From Felis catus (taxonomy: Eukaryota), in NCBI RefSeq assembly GCF_018350175.1, contig NC_058368.1:123072001-123136000 (forward strand): a DNA stretch of 64,000 nucleotides. The letters run 5' to 3'. How positions within the stretch are numbered: position 1 is the stretch's first letter; every line of letters starts with the position of its first letter. Under the pieces are notes generated by a model. The model was not told where the DNA came from and did not search any database. It worked only from the letters and a program-made list of their open reading frames with translations. Of this stretch, positions 12,549 to 25,289 are shown piece by piece. Position numbers and translations under genes: made by a program.

Positions 12549-13403
12549 ATTCTGTTTTACTTTATAAAAATGTGCTTACCTCTTATTGTGAAAAAGAGCA
12601 TGCTTCAAATATGGAAGTAAGTAAAGAAGAAGGAGATGTGGTCCCTGCCTTCAAGAAATATTATAGACTAATGGGAGAGATGGAAAATATCAAAGTAAGT
12701 AAAGGGAATGGATGGAGCAGGGTAGCGTTAGTGGGAGAGAACTACGTGAACATGAAGCTGGAACAGCACAGCCTGGAGAAGGGTCCCAAGAGAAGCCTCA
12801 CTGCACAGGCATGGGAAAGGCCACCCTGACGTTACGTCCCATCTTATGGGCAAAATCTTTCCCCATGTCTCTGTGTGAGACTCTTCTATTCGATAGTGCT
12901 GCATTAAGACCATGAACATACATGCTTCTATTATTCTGTGTTTGGGGGGATAACCATGGATTGGAGCTGCAGTTAGTTAGGAGCCTCTAGAAAAATGAGC
13001 AAAGAAACATCTCTTTCTTTTTAGTCCACTTGTCCTTCCCTTACACTACTGTGATAATCTGGTTCACAATTAAAAAGCTTAGTTTTTGTTTTTGTTTTTT
13101 TCCTAGATGCTGTTCAATCACAAAAAATCTCGGGCAGGTTTTAGCTATGTCTAAAATTTGGAATGAAGATTAACTGAAGTGTGTGTATGCCAAGCTGAGT
13201 GCATGGCTGCCCTCTCTACAGTCGATAAAGCATGCAGATTCTCTGAATGCCTTACCAGACAGTCATTGCGAATGTGGGCTGAGTAGTACATAGGGAGCTG
13301 GCTGGGTCATTCCTCAGCTCACTAGCACAAAAGTTACAAAACTCTCCTGTTCCCCAATGTCACAAGGAGGCAGTGGAGTATTATGAGAATGAGGGCACTT
13401 ATA

Positions 13404-13873
13404 CAGATCTTCAACTTATGATGAGGTTAATAAACCCATGGTTTAAGTTGAAAATATTTAAGTCAAAAATTCATTTAATACAGCTAACCTACCAAACATC
13501 ATAACTTAGCTTAGCGCACCTTAAACATGCTCACAACACTTCCAACAGCCGATAGTTTGGGAAGCGGGGAACCTGTTTCAAAATAAAGTGCTGAATATAT
13601 TATGTAATGTATTGAATACTGTACTAAAAGTGAAAAACCAAATGGTTGTATGGGTATCAGTTGTGTATCCTTATGTGGATGCGGCTGACTGGGGGGTGTG
13701 GCTCACTGTCACTGCCCAGCAGCTTGAAAGAATATCTTACCACATATCAGTGGCCCTGGAAAAGATCCAAATTCAAAATCTAAAGAATGGTTTATACTGA
13801 ATGCATATTGGTTTCTCACTATGAAAAAGTCAAAAAATTAAAGTCAAACCACCTTAAGTTGGGGAATATATTC
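13404..13873 (+). mobile_element. Tigger5/MER47B-like DNA transposon
   Basis: TA + cagatcttcaacttatgatg ... accttaagttggggaa termini; internal aacctaccaaacatcataacttagc and gcggctgactggg...gctcactgtcactgcccagca. Confidence 0.85.
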
Positions 13874-14099
13874 TAGTGATAGCCCAGCTGTGATAATTAT
13901 ATGTAAAACGAGGCAAATTTTCTTAATTGCTTTCTCAATAAGCAAAATAGGTGAAGTAATCCTTGCCTGTGGCTCTGTAGAACACAAATGTAATTTTCTT
14001 TGAAGAATCTGATACTTCTTGTTGTAAAGTGGTAAGAAGTGATAACTTCGGCTCGAGCCACTGCACCTGGTTGTTGTGAAGATCTGACAACGTTGTGAA

Positions 14100-14325
14100 G
14101 ATCTGAAAACATTTTGGCAACTTTGTCTTCAAGGCTAGTTTTTAAATGTCTGAGAAGATTGACAATATTCCTATGAAGGCGTCTCCGGGTTCATCATTTC
14201 CTCTTCCTCCATCCTCATAGGACAGAGTTTCTAGGTCTCTGTAGACCATCCTGCAGAGGGTCTCCTCCTCCGACCCTGTTGAATGGATTGTAATCAGCCA
14301 CAGCATATATATCTTGCAGAACATT
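14100..14325 (-). mobile_element. L3/CR1 relic
   Basis: Reverse complement caggatggtctacagagacctagaaactctgtcctatgagga resembles L3 ORF2 3' region. Confidence 0.6.
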
Positions 14326-14439
14326 AATCAGCCTCAGATTTTCCAATTCTGGTAGAGAGACAATAGGAAAGGGAGTGTCTTCCAGGACTTGAGTCTCTCA
14401 GAATAAGGCATTTGGTGAATAGGATAACCACATGTCAAT

Positions 14440-14945
14440 GTACTTAAGTCATTCCAATGCCTTCTGCTCGCACTTGGAATAAAATCTAAGCTTGTTGCTG
14501 AAGACTGCCAGCATTCATGTGCTCTGGCCCTGGCCTACCTTGAGCAACCTGCGTTACGATCCAGTCATATGGGCTCTCTGTTCTTCGTATATGCCAAACC
14601 CATTCTTGCTCTATGGCTTTTGTTCCTACTCTTTCCTCCTCCTCCTGCAGTGCTGTTCCCCTAAACCTTTGCGTGGCTGGCCGTCATTCTTTCATCCTCA
14701 TTCCCTTCTCAAGTCAATGCTAACTTCCTTGAAGAAGCCTTTCCCACTTACGCTGTCTAAGGTTCCCTCCTCTGCCCCCATCACTGTCTCATTCATTTGT
14801 AGCTCTCATCACAATCTGCAAATGAATTATGCGTTGTTTCATTCACTTGCTTACTCTGTACCTTCTCAATACAATGAAACTTGTTCTTGCAGTATAATAT
14901 TCCAAATATTTAATAACTGGTGTCACATGGCACTAATCAATCAGA
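14440..14945 (+). mobile_element. L2 fragment
   Basis: cacttggaataaaatctaag...gctctggccctggcctacct...cttccttgaagaagcctttccc typical of L2 3' region. Confidence 0.75.
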
Positions 14946-15379
14946 GTTGATACTGGTCAGAGTCTTGGGTCAGGGTCCAGGAAGCCCCTCCTTCTGCCCT
15001 TTAACCCTTATGTTGCTGGCATCTGGGGAGATATAGAAGTCCTGAGGGAGGAGTTGGAGTAAATAGGGCAATGCATGTGAACTAGGAGACTAGGGAAATG
15101 GGTAGTCATCCATTAGTATGAAAATATTTCAATATTTTAGCAATCGGTATGGCCACTAGTTTGTACTGTTTAAATATTAATTTATTTCAGGATTTCAGGA
15201 CCTAAAATAGTGACTGGAACATAGCAGTTCCTCACATGGTGAATTACTTGAATATCAAGTCCACCTACCACTTTCTCCAAGTTGATGTTTTCTAGAAGAG
15301 CTCTATAACTGCCCTGGGTTTATGAGTTATACAAAGGGGTAAATACTGGTGTATTTAGGCCATGGATCTTGGTTTAATG

Positions 15380-15610
15380 ATAACTAATGTCTGTAACTCT
15401 TCATAGTTTACAAAATCTACACATGAATTGCCTCATTTTGTCTTCACAACTATCCTGAGAGAGTAGCAGGACAAAAATTATTATATTCATTTTTCAGTCA
15501 AGTAAACTCAGGCTTTTACAGGTCAACTGATAGCTAAAGAGTAAGTAGTCCAAGCTGGGAAATAAATAGCTTATGTCTTCTGGGTAGGGACTGTGTTCTT
15601 TCTACTAGCT
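15380..15610 (-). mobile_element. MIR
   Basis: cctcattttgtcttcacaactatcctgagag...ttatattcatttttcag. Confidence 0.7.
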
Positions 15611-15715
15611 TCTGTATTCTGTCTCCAGCTGGATGGATCTGAACCTGAGGATGGAAGCAGCTACTGGATACATATGTAAAGATTCTGGCCTCCACAAGTA
15701 GGAATATATATGCCT

Positions 15716-15932
15716 TTAAATTTATTTTTAATGTTTATTTATTTTTGAGAGAGACAGAGACAGAATGTGAGTGGGGGAGGAGCAGAGAGAGAGACACACA
15801 CAGAATCCCAAGCAGGCTCCAGGCTCTGAGCTGTCAGCACAGAGCCTGACGCGGGGCTTGATCTCACGAGCTCTGAGATCATGACCTGAGCCAAAGTCGG
15901 ACACTCAACCAGCTGAGCAACCCAGGCACCCC
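15716..15932 (-). mobile_element. Can-SINE (felid SINEC type)
   Basis: Full head/CT tract/tail; TSD tatatatgcct (15705-15715, 15933-15943). Confidence 0.95.
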
Positions 15933-16214
15933 TATATATGCCTGTATACAGTAAAGTGTGACTGGGTTACAAAATAGGGGATTTCAAGCAAGATTGACCA
16001 GCTTGTGAGGGTCTAGATGGCCCTAGAAACTAAGAGGTTGGAAGAACAGTTAATGACCAATATGGAAAAGTCTTAATGGAAATATAGTTAATCTTTTCAG
16101 ACATTTAAAAACCAGTCTTGAAGACAAGATTGCCAAGGCTTTTTCTCAGCAAGTTCACAGGGCAGAGTTAATGCCAACAGTGAAAAATAATTGCAAAAAT
16201 CAGAGTTTTTGTTT

Positions 16215-16337
16215 TTGTTCTTTTATTTTTTTAGATTCAAATATAGTTAACATACAATATTATATTAGTTTCAAGTATAAAATATAGTGACTGAACAATT
16301 CTACCCATTACTCAGTGCTCATCGTAATAAGTGTACT
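16215..16337 (-). mobile_element. L1 extreme 3' end
   Basis: atatagttaacatacaatattatattagtttcaagtataaaatatagtga...ctcagtgctcatc. Confidence 0.8.
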
Positions 16338-17929
16338 AAAAATATACATTTAAAAATGAAAAGTAAAATAGATTAGGGCAGTGTTTACCAAAATATAGTA
16401 CATACAAGATGGTGCTAAAAGTTGATTTTACTTAGAACATTGTTGAACACTTTGAATACTTTTATTTGTTATGAATTTATTTTAATATATATTGGAGAAA
16501 ACACATAAATAGTAGACAAATTTTGTGATTTCAGATATATAAGTAGTTAAAATAAATATTTAAGTTTTTTAAAAAAATGAAACCAGATCATTTAAAGAGA
16601 AATTTTGAGTGCATATTAATAAAGGTGACTCTCAGACAATACAAGTAAAGTGATAGATGAGTGAATAAAATCTGTGAAAGTAATATTCCTTAGAGCTAGC
16701 TCTATTACTTTGCATGATCTTGAACACATTTTTAACATTTCCTCACCTGTTTAATAATTTTGTGGCAAGGATTCAATGACTGAATGCATGGAAAGTATTC
16801 AGCACAGTTTGACACATAGAGCTCAACAAATGGTAGCTATTGTTTTCACATTATATCAATAACAAGGAGAACTTTGAACCATGGAAAGCTGTGAAGCTGG
16901 AAGCTCCTTGTCATTGGAGGTATACAAACAAGACTAGGAGGGTATCTGTCAATGCTGCAAAGGACTTTCCTACTTTGGTGGGAGCTCAACTAGAACTTTG
17001 AGGTGATTCCAGCTGGGAGATTCCTATAATTTTTCTTTTGGTGAATTCCAGGATGCAGGAGAGACTTGGAACTAGAGTTTTTCTCCTACATCTTGGGAGA
17101 CCCCTTAAGTTGCTGCTCATCAAGACTCAAAGAACCATTGCTCTCTGAGCACCATTGTTGGCTGTGACACCCAGGCTTGGCCTTTCCATCACCCACATCA
17201 CTGTCAAGGAGAGCTCTCTGAGAACCACACAGCTATTGTCCTATAGTTCTTGCCCAACCAGGAAAAACGCCTGTTCTGTCCTCGCATCCTTCCTCACAAC
17301 CGTGGGAAAGACTAGAAGGTTTCTCATGGGTATAGAGAGAATCCATCCCATCTAACTCTCAACTGGAACCTGGCCTATTCCCAGTAGTGGCTGCTGAGGC
17401 TTCAGGTCCACCTTGAGAGTTCTGGCTATGGGAAAACTTTTCTTAAACAAGCTGAAATATGTTTCTCTGTAGCTTTCACCCACATGCTCTAGTGTCATCT
17501 CCTTGAACCACAAAGAACAAGTTTCCCCGTTGCCTCCCATGGGAAACTTCCAGAAGATTGCAGACTAATGGAGTGTTTGTCCTGTGGTTGTTCATTTCCT
17601 TGTCATTCTCCATTGTTCTCACAGATGCATTGTTTCTGTCAAGCAGCTTCCAGTACCCTCCTCTGCCTAGTTATTGATAGCATGCTCTAATATGGTGCAC
17701 CTCACCTCTGCCTTTTTTAAAGGGTAGAGATTGTAGAATCTGGGCCCCCTTTTCTTCATAAAGACACTTGCTCTCAGTAGCAGTTCAGTTACAAGGGGTC
17801 GAGCAACTATATTTATTTGAAGCCACTAGTAATAGGTCATGGGATGTTTGGTGTTCTTTAAGGCTCTGACCCCCCCAGGGGTAACCACTATCCCAGCTCA
17901 TAACACAAGGGATTTCTTTTTCTTGTTTT

Positions 17930-18720
17930 TGAGCTTTAATTAAGTAGGTTCATACAGTGTATACTCTTTTTGTGTTGGACTTCTGTTGTTCTACATTTCT
18001 CTACATTGTTTTGATAGTCATATACTACGGCCTGTAACAATACTTTGTGTCTGCATTCTATTTTGTGACTATATAAATTTCCATTCTAAGGATATATTAT
18101 AATGTATTGATCTGGCCCCTTATTTTTTTAAGTTATCACTTATTTTTTTTATTATATGAAATTTATTGTCAAATTAGTTTCCATACAACACCCAGTGCTC
18201 ATCCCAAAAGATGCCCTCTTCAATGCCCATCACCTACCCTCCCCTCCCTCTCACCCCCCATCAACCCTCAGTTTGTTCTCAGTTTTTAAGAGTCTCTTAT
18301 GCTTTGGCTCTCTCTCCCACTCTAAACTCTTTTTTTTCTTTTTTTTTTCCTTCCCCTCCCCCATGGGTTTCTGTTAAGTTTCTCAGGATCCACATAAGAG
18401 TGAAAACATATGGTATCTGTCTTTCTCTGTATGGCTTATTTCACTTAGCATAACACTCTCCACTTCCATCCACGTTGCTACAAAGGGGATCTGATCCCTT
18501 ATTAATAGATATTAGGACTGTTTCTTATCTTTGATATACAAACAATGCTGCTGGGCACAACACTGAACTTCCATCATTTTGTGTATATGTAAGTAGAACT
18601 ACCAAATATATTCCTAGACGTACAACTACTAGGTTAACAGGTATAGATATTTGTAATATTGAAGAGTGTTGACAAAGTACCCTCTCTACTGGATGTACCC
18701 TTTACATTCCCATCAGCAGA
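17930..18720 (-). mobile_element. Ancient L1M fragment hosting a younger L1 end
   Basis: catacagtgtatactctttttgtg...; tttacattcccatcagcag. Confidence 0.6.
18125..18487 (-). mobile_element. Felid L1 (L1_Fc-like) 3' end
   Basis: aatttattgtcaaattagtttccatacaacacccagtgctcatccc; approximate TSD gatctg(gc/at)cccttatt. Confidence 0.92.
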
Positions 18721-19592
18721 TTTTTTGAGTTTATTTTCTTAGGATTTTAAAGGTTAAAGCTTGAAGAGTTAGAAGCCACATTGTATAACCCACTCATCTT
18801 ACATGGACAGAAATCAAAGACCTTAAAAGTAAAAAGACTTGCACAAAGCCATAGAACAGGTTAGTTATAATCCTCAAATTTGGAAGGACGCTTAGATGCT
18901 GGTCTCACATTTCAGAGAGACCCAACAAACCTCAAACTCCCTGTCCTGTCTACAGCTATTGGCATGCTGCCTCTTTGTCCCCTCCTCTTCACCAAGTGCC
19001 TTCAAAGACAAGCACAAAAAGGCCCAGCCCCACACACCAGGACCACCAACCTAAGAGATCTCCTTCAATTCTGCTGCCCTAGTTTCAGTCCACAGACTGA
19101 GGATTCTAATATCTAATTCTAATGTCATTTCTCTGCTGAGTTCCAGGACTGGACGCATAGTCCACTATGCATGAATATCTCAAGGGTGCTTCAATCTCAC
19201 GACTCCCAAAACTGAACCCATCCACTTTCTCTCAATTTCCCCATCTCTGTAATGAGGATAGTAAAAGGACTTACTTTACAGGATTGTTATGAAGATTACA
19301 CGAATGAATATGCACTTAGAATAGGAACTTAGAATAAAGCATAAAGCTCTTAGAATAGTAACTGATGAATTTGCTATGTAGCTATTATTGGTGAGTATAG
19401 GAAAGCAAATAAATAAAATATATGATGAATGGTGATGTGGGGGAAAAAATGAAGTTGGAGAGCTTGGGAAGTGCCAATAGGGACAGAAGAATGCCACAGG
19501 GCAATTTTGAAAAAATGATCTATTCCTCAAAGTTTTCTTCTTGCAAGAAACAAAGGTCTGAGGAAATTCTTGGCAAACCATGAAAGATATAT

Positions 19593-20000
19593 ATAAACCA
19601 TTATGGTTTGTTGGTCACTATGAGTATTTTTCAAGTTGTTCAAAATTCTCAGCATGAGGAGCCTTCTCCCCAATGGCTAAAGTTACTTCTAGATCCTGAA
19701 TCCATTTCTCTGGACTCCTCAGAGGGAGTGAATTCATGGTGAGGTTAATTTCCAAGGGATATGGGATTGCATTTGTAGATGCAACTTGTAGAGGCAATAA
19801 ACCATTATGGTTTGTTGGTCACTATGAGTATTTTTCAAGTTGTTCAAAATTCTCAGCATGAGGAGCCTTCTCCCCAATGGCTAAAGTTACTTCTAGATCC
19901 TGAATCCATTTCTCTGGACTCCTCAGAGGGAGTGAATTCATGGTGAGGTTAGTTTCCAAGGGATATGGGATTGCATTTGTAGATGCAACCTGTAGAGGCA
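19593..20000. repeat. Tandem duplication 2 x 204 bp of unique sequence
   Basis: 19593-19796 versus 19797-20000, two substitutions. Confidence 0.96.
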
Positions 20001-20709
20001 ACAGCCTGCCTCATAAGAGTCTGTGAAAGTCCAGTGTCAGCTTGCTGCAGAGAAGGATCTTGGCAACCTGGAAGGATGATTGGTTAGACTTGACACACAG
20101 AGCTGAGCCACTCAAAGTACCATCAGCAGAACGCTGCCGGTTCACAAACTGTCACATCAGTCCACAAGAAGTCATATTTTGGAACTACTTCTGAATGTCC
20201 CATTGATATGAATGTATGGAATCAGAAAAGATGCAGGCGGCGAATGACTGTAGATGCAGAGTTTTAGATGGAAAGGCCTTTCATCCTTCCATCTCTTTCA
20301 CTTAGAAAATGAAGGTAACAAACAAAAGTGCTACATGTAGAAGCCCAAACCATCTCAGACCAAGTGCTGGCTTGATGAGTTCTCAACCCTAGGGCTCCTG
20401 AGAAGGTAAGAGATCTGCCTTTTTAGATTAACTGCCTTCAGTCACGCAGACCCCATGTTAGCTGACTCAGCAGAGAGGGCAAGGAGCCATTCAACTCATT
20501 TTACTTTGGACTGTGTCCAGGCATTTCCCTGGGAAGGAAAGGACTTAGGGGACAATTTGAGGACTCCACCCAGATAAAAGCGTTCTGGTGTAATCCAGTG
20601 AGTAGGTGATTTCCATCTGGGGGAATGTCCAACGCCACAGATGACCAATATCCGCAACTACACAGTGAAGAGAAGAGATGAGGAAAGGATTCATAAAACA
20701 CCTGAAAGG

Positions 20710-22010
20710 AGGCAGTGGGAAGTGATGCAGAGAGCCCCAGGCTTTGGAGCTTGAGCTGAGATTCAGTTCACTACTCTTTCCTCTACTGGCTTCTGATTTC
20801 AGGTTCTTGTGTACTTACCTGAGGCCATACCCCCTTTGTAAAATTGCACATTGCATGGTTGATGTGAGCCTCAAGTGAGAACTAGATATCAAGTGTTTGT
20901 AAACTATAAAAAAAACCACAGTGTTGTTAGAATAATAAGGCCTGTGCTGAATTGCATCAGACTATCAATACTATTTGTGGAATTTACACAGTCATCTTGG
21001 TCAGAACACTGGTAAGTGAAACTTGAAAGACACTGTGAGAAAACACCTGTAGGCGTGGAATTGCATAATGTAGAAATATGGTGATTTTATGTGTATGCAT
21101 GTGTGTACGTGTTTGCACTTTTTCAGTGCTATATTTGCGCTCCAGTGTTAATTATATTTTGACAAGATGGGATCAGATGCAATATGGGACAAAGGTTCAG
21201 ACAAAGGACTTTGAGTTCCAACTCCAGCTTACAGCCTTGGTGACAAAATCACTTAATTTGCCTGAGCTTTGCTTTCATCACGTGCCAAATGGTGATAGTC
21301 CTATCTACTTTGCAGTGTGGATGTGAGAATGAAATATAGTAAAAATATGAAACTGAGCAAAACAAAAGACTGCAATAAATGCCAGTTACTGTCACTGATG
21401 TTATTATTATTAATAATAAAACCCACTCCATGCCTCCGTCTGGATGGATGGAGCCTCTTGCCTGAATGACAGTACCCACGGTGGGACAAGCAGCAGAGAC
21501 AATCACTGTGTGAGGAGGGAACACCATTTCTGCAGTCTGCACCTTCCTGGTTTGCAGAGGAAGTCTTCAGAATCAGAGCCAGGGTTTGATTCTCTATCCC
21601 TTGTCTTTCTAAGTACTTCTAGAAATGAAAGAAGCCTATGTATTCTGGGAACTACAAATGAGAAAAATGAAGGAATAAAAAAAATTTTCGCAGCCTCCTC
21701 TGAAGTCGTCCAGGGAATTAAGCTGGACAAATAGGGAGACCAACAAGGAATAAGACACATGGGCACAGTTGGAGACAGTGTGTGCACTGTCCTTAGGACT
21801 GAGGAGATGGAAGCCTCAGAAAAACATAGTGGATAACAAAAGTGACTTTAACATCAGCCAAAGCTGGGTTCAAATTCCATTTCTATCACAAACCATTGTG
21901 TAGTTGAGAAAGGTGCTTGAACTTCCTGTACAATACAAAATGGAAAGAAAATAATACTTTTCTCCTTGAGATGAGATAATATATGTGAAGTGCTTGGCAA
22001 AGTGATCATA
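20710..22010 (+). mobile_element. Three MIR fragments (about 20710-20920, 21190-21330, 21820-22010)
   Basis: MIR core-like motifs, e.g. aagctgggttcaaattcc, cacttaatttgcctgagctttgctttcatc. Confidence 0.6.
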
Positions 22011-22129
22011 CTTTTGCTACTTTTAGTAGCTAAGCACCAGACACTTTTCTTTTGGAAACTTGTTTGATCTTAATCCCTAAAATTATTAACTTATCTATTT
22101 GACATAGATGAAGATGTTCATTTTGAAAA

Positions 22130-22346
22130 AAAAAATTTTTTTAAGGTTTTATTTATTTTTGAGACAGAGAGAGACAGAGCAGGAGTGTGGGAGGGGCAGA
22201 GAAAGAGGGAGACACAGAATCCAGAGCAGGCTCCAGGCTGGGAGCTGTCAGCACAGAGCCTGATGTGGGCCTTGAACCCACAAACTGTGAGATCATGACC
22301 TGAGCTGAAGTTGGACACTTAACCAACTGAGCCACCCAGGTGCCCC
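22130..22346 (-). mobile_element. Can-SINE (felid)
   Basis: TSD tgaagatgttcatttt on both sides. Confidence 0.95.
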
Positions 22347-23029
22347 TGAAGATGTTCATTTTGAAAATGCTACTCTGGTTTACATATTAAGATCATCAAA
22401 GAGAAATGATTGAGGTCCAAGTCGGGACACAACTGTAAATAGGAGAAGGAATAGGGTTTACCTGATCCTGGGCTTAGAAATGATGGCAGATAGAGAGAGA
22501 AGCCCCCCAGAAAAGAGAGAATTCTAGACTCCTGAGTCAGGTCTGCTAAAACTGCTGTTCCTCTCCTTCTGGGGATTATGGTCCTGACACACTTCACTTT
22601 TAAAATCTTGCAGTCTAACTTAACTAAATAAACTGTTGCCTGATCAGTTACTTTTCTCATTCTGTTCTTCATTTTGTTTTCTTTTTTCCACAAACAGTTA
22701 TTAAATGGCTGCTTGTTCTTGGCATTAGAAAACTTTTTGGAATAATAACAGTTCCTGACATTGGAAGAAACAGAGAGCTCTTATTTCTGTCTCCAAATAA
22801 CTACAATACAAGGCAACATGTGATAAGAAACCTGAGAGAAAAGAGTTTCATGAGGAAGGGTAGTCAAGAGCTAGAATTTGCATTATAGAGCTATTTTAAT
22901 AGTTCATGAAAACCAAATTTCAGATAGAGACAGTGTTGTGTAAAGAGACTCAAAGACTAGTACATAGTTTGGTGTGGGGAGGGGAGTTCTCAGGAATGAT
23001 TCTAGAATTAATCCCTGATCAAGATATCA

Positions 23030-23280
23030 GCACATTTAAGTATGTTGGAGTCTAGACTGCTTTGTTTTAATGCTAGTGTTACTTCTTAACTAACTTGTGT
23101 GACCTATGGCCAATAACATAATGTCTTTTTGTGTCAGTTTCTGCATCTATGAAATGGAATCATAATAATATAAATAACTTTCAGAGCAGCCAGAAGGATT
23201 AGGTTAGGTAATCAGTGTAACATAATTAGCATAGGGCCTGGCACATTGTGAACCCTCAGTGTAAGTAGTTATCATTATTG
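23030..23280 (+). mobile_element. MIR
   Basis: ttggagtctagactgc...tgtgtgacctatggcc...tcagtttctgcatctatgaaatgg...cctggcacat. Confidence 0.82.
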
Positions 23281-23465
23281 AGATTATTCTGAATTATTTT
23301 AAAGGAGACAACAAGAGAAGATTTTAAATTTATGTTAAGATTGTTTTAAGGTGCACACCAGTTTCTTGAAACTTGGACTACAAAAGCTGGATCAGAAGAC
23401 ATTAATAGTGAAGGGATCCTTTGGAATATAAATCCTCATAAAGGTAAGAGTTGAATCTCTTGTGT

Positions 23466-23512
23466 TTTCTGTTTGTTTGTTTGTTTGTTTGTTTGTTTGT
23501 TTGTTTTGTTTG
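23466..23512. repeat. (GTTT)n STR
   Basis: Direct reading. Confidence 0.95.
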
Positions 23513-23935
23513 CATGAAGAATATATAATACTGCTGCTTCTATATCTGTGGTATTCTGAACTAACAGAACATAATTATACCATAGTATATGCTGTTAACA
23601 AGGAAGGCAATGGTACTATTATGCTAATTTAAACTCAGGGAGTGTTCTCTCCTCTGCCCTATTTGGGTCAACCTGCTGATTCTTCTAAACCCGATTAAAT
23701 GGTCTTTCTTTTGAATTAGTGTTTCTGGTAAACGTAATAACCATTCTTCTCTTTCAAATACATTTAATTAACATACTTTCTTCTAAGCAGGACATTCAGA
23801 GTAAAACTATTTTAATATTTACAGTTGTTTATGAAGATACTAGCTAACATTTTTGCATCAGTGCTATATTTTATAGCTAACCAAGTTGTAGCACATTGTG
23901 CTTAAGGGCTTTATTTTAATCCTGGCTCTGGCTCT

Positions 23936-24025
23936 CAGGACCACACTGCGGCACAATTCCCAGGGCGCCATGCATACCGATGACGGTATCAATGGTGTCA
24001 ACTAGAGTTTTACGCTACAGCAGTT
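23936..24025. mobile_element. MER91-like palindromic hAT MITE inside a MIR
   Basis: gcacaattcccagggcgccat...aatggtgtcaactagagtt resembles the MER91 hairpin. Confidence 0.65.
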
Positions 24026-24304
24026 GTTACCAACAAGTTGTTTGATCTCTTCTGTCTTGGTTCCTTCTTGTTAATTTTTTTTCAGAAATCTGTCCATATT
24101 ACAAGATTTTTGTAAAATTCCTTTAGGTTATGTAGATAAAACATTTAACAAAATACTTAGCACATGGTAAAGCAAAAGTGGGGGCTGTAATTATGGTATT
24201 CACGATCACTGTCACCTTTAAACCTTATGGCAACTCTCTGAACTTGATAGCCATTATTATATCCACTTTACACAGGAGGAAACGTGACATTGTAAAAAAT
24301 CTTT

Positions 24305-24363
24305 TTTTGTTGTTTGGGTTTTGTTTTTTGTTTTTTTAGTTTTTTAGTGGGGAAGGGGGAAGG

Positions 24364-24405
<42 letters not shown>

Positions 24406-24529
24406 CTTAAGCAGACTCTGTGCTCAGCACAGAGGCTGATGTGGGGCTTCATTCCATAACCCTGGGATCATGACCTGAGCTAAAAATCAAGAGTCAGGAC
24501 TTAACCAACTGAGCCACCCAGGTGCCCCC
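24305..24529 (-). mobile_element. Can-SINE with (AG)n tract
   Basis: gatcatgacctgagc...ttaaccaactgagccacccaggtgcccc. Confidence 0.93.
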
Positions 24530-25289
24530 CAAATAATTGTTTTTCAAAGCACAAACAAAGTATGCATCTAGGGTGAGAGATTTTGCCATAATATTAAATA
24601 ATATAATCATATTATTTTTATAAAATTAAATCATACATTTAATTTTTTTTAATTGTGATTTTTCTTTATTTAAGTAAATGTTGTTCTTTGCCATTGTGTG
24701 AGCATATGCAAAAACTAAGGTTTAAAGCCTAAGCATCAAAACAGCTGAGTGTCTGTTTTACCACTTTAGCCATTAAAATTTAGGTGGGAATGTGCTACCA
24801 TCTTCACATTCCTGAGGCCTGAAAACACTTAGGCAGGTTGACTCCCAAGACATGTCACTTTGAATGTGACTTTATTCTAATGACACCAAATATAACAATA
24901 CAAGGACTGACTATTACGATTTTCCCCCTTCCAGAATAATGTGAAAGTACACAGGGGGAAACTATTTCCTTGGTCACTAACTTGTTGATGGAAGTTATTA
25001 GTATGTTGTGGTTAAAGGATGCATTTATTGCTGAGTGTTATTCTGAAAGTTTCTTGTAATTGCAGTGAAAGAATTTGTAATATTTAGTGATGGTGGGAAC
25101 AGAGTGACTCTTGAGTGAGAGTTGTAGAGTCAGGGGAAAAAAGCAATTTGTAAAACATTGGTCAGGTCACCTGTACCTTAGAATGTTTTCTTCACATAAT
25201 TTCAATTTATGTTTTCCATGAAATAAGAAAGCTACTTTTTAATTGTGTGTTATTTTATTAATTTGAATCCTCTTTTCATAATTACTTTT

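Larger units (their letters stand above)
15660..17030 (+). mobile_element. L3/CR1 relic interrupted by SINE, L1 end and MIR
   Basis: gaccagcttgtgagggtctag; cacagggcagagttaatgccaacagtg; 3' end gctccttgtcattggaggtatacaaacaagactagga...gaggtgattccagc. Confidence 0.62.

Noticed and set aside
14073..14106. 15-nt direct repeat gttgtgaagatctga x2
   Set aside because: Ordinary micro-duplication; noted only because it abuts the inverted arm.
13935..14324. Minus-strand ORFs that look like coding exons
   Set aside because: Better explained as degenerate L3/CR1 sequence; stops intervene and no consistent splice sites.
14492..14950. 152-aa ORF
   Set aside because: Lies within an L2 relic; no recognisable protein or splice structure.
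19593..20000. CRISPR-like or satellite array
   Set aside because: Only two long copies, no spacers, eukaryotic context.
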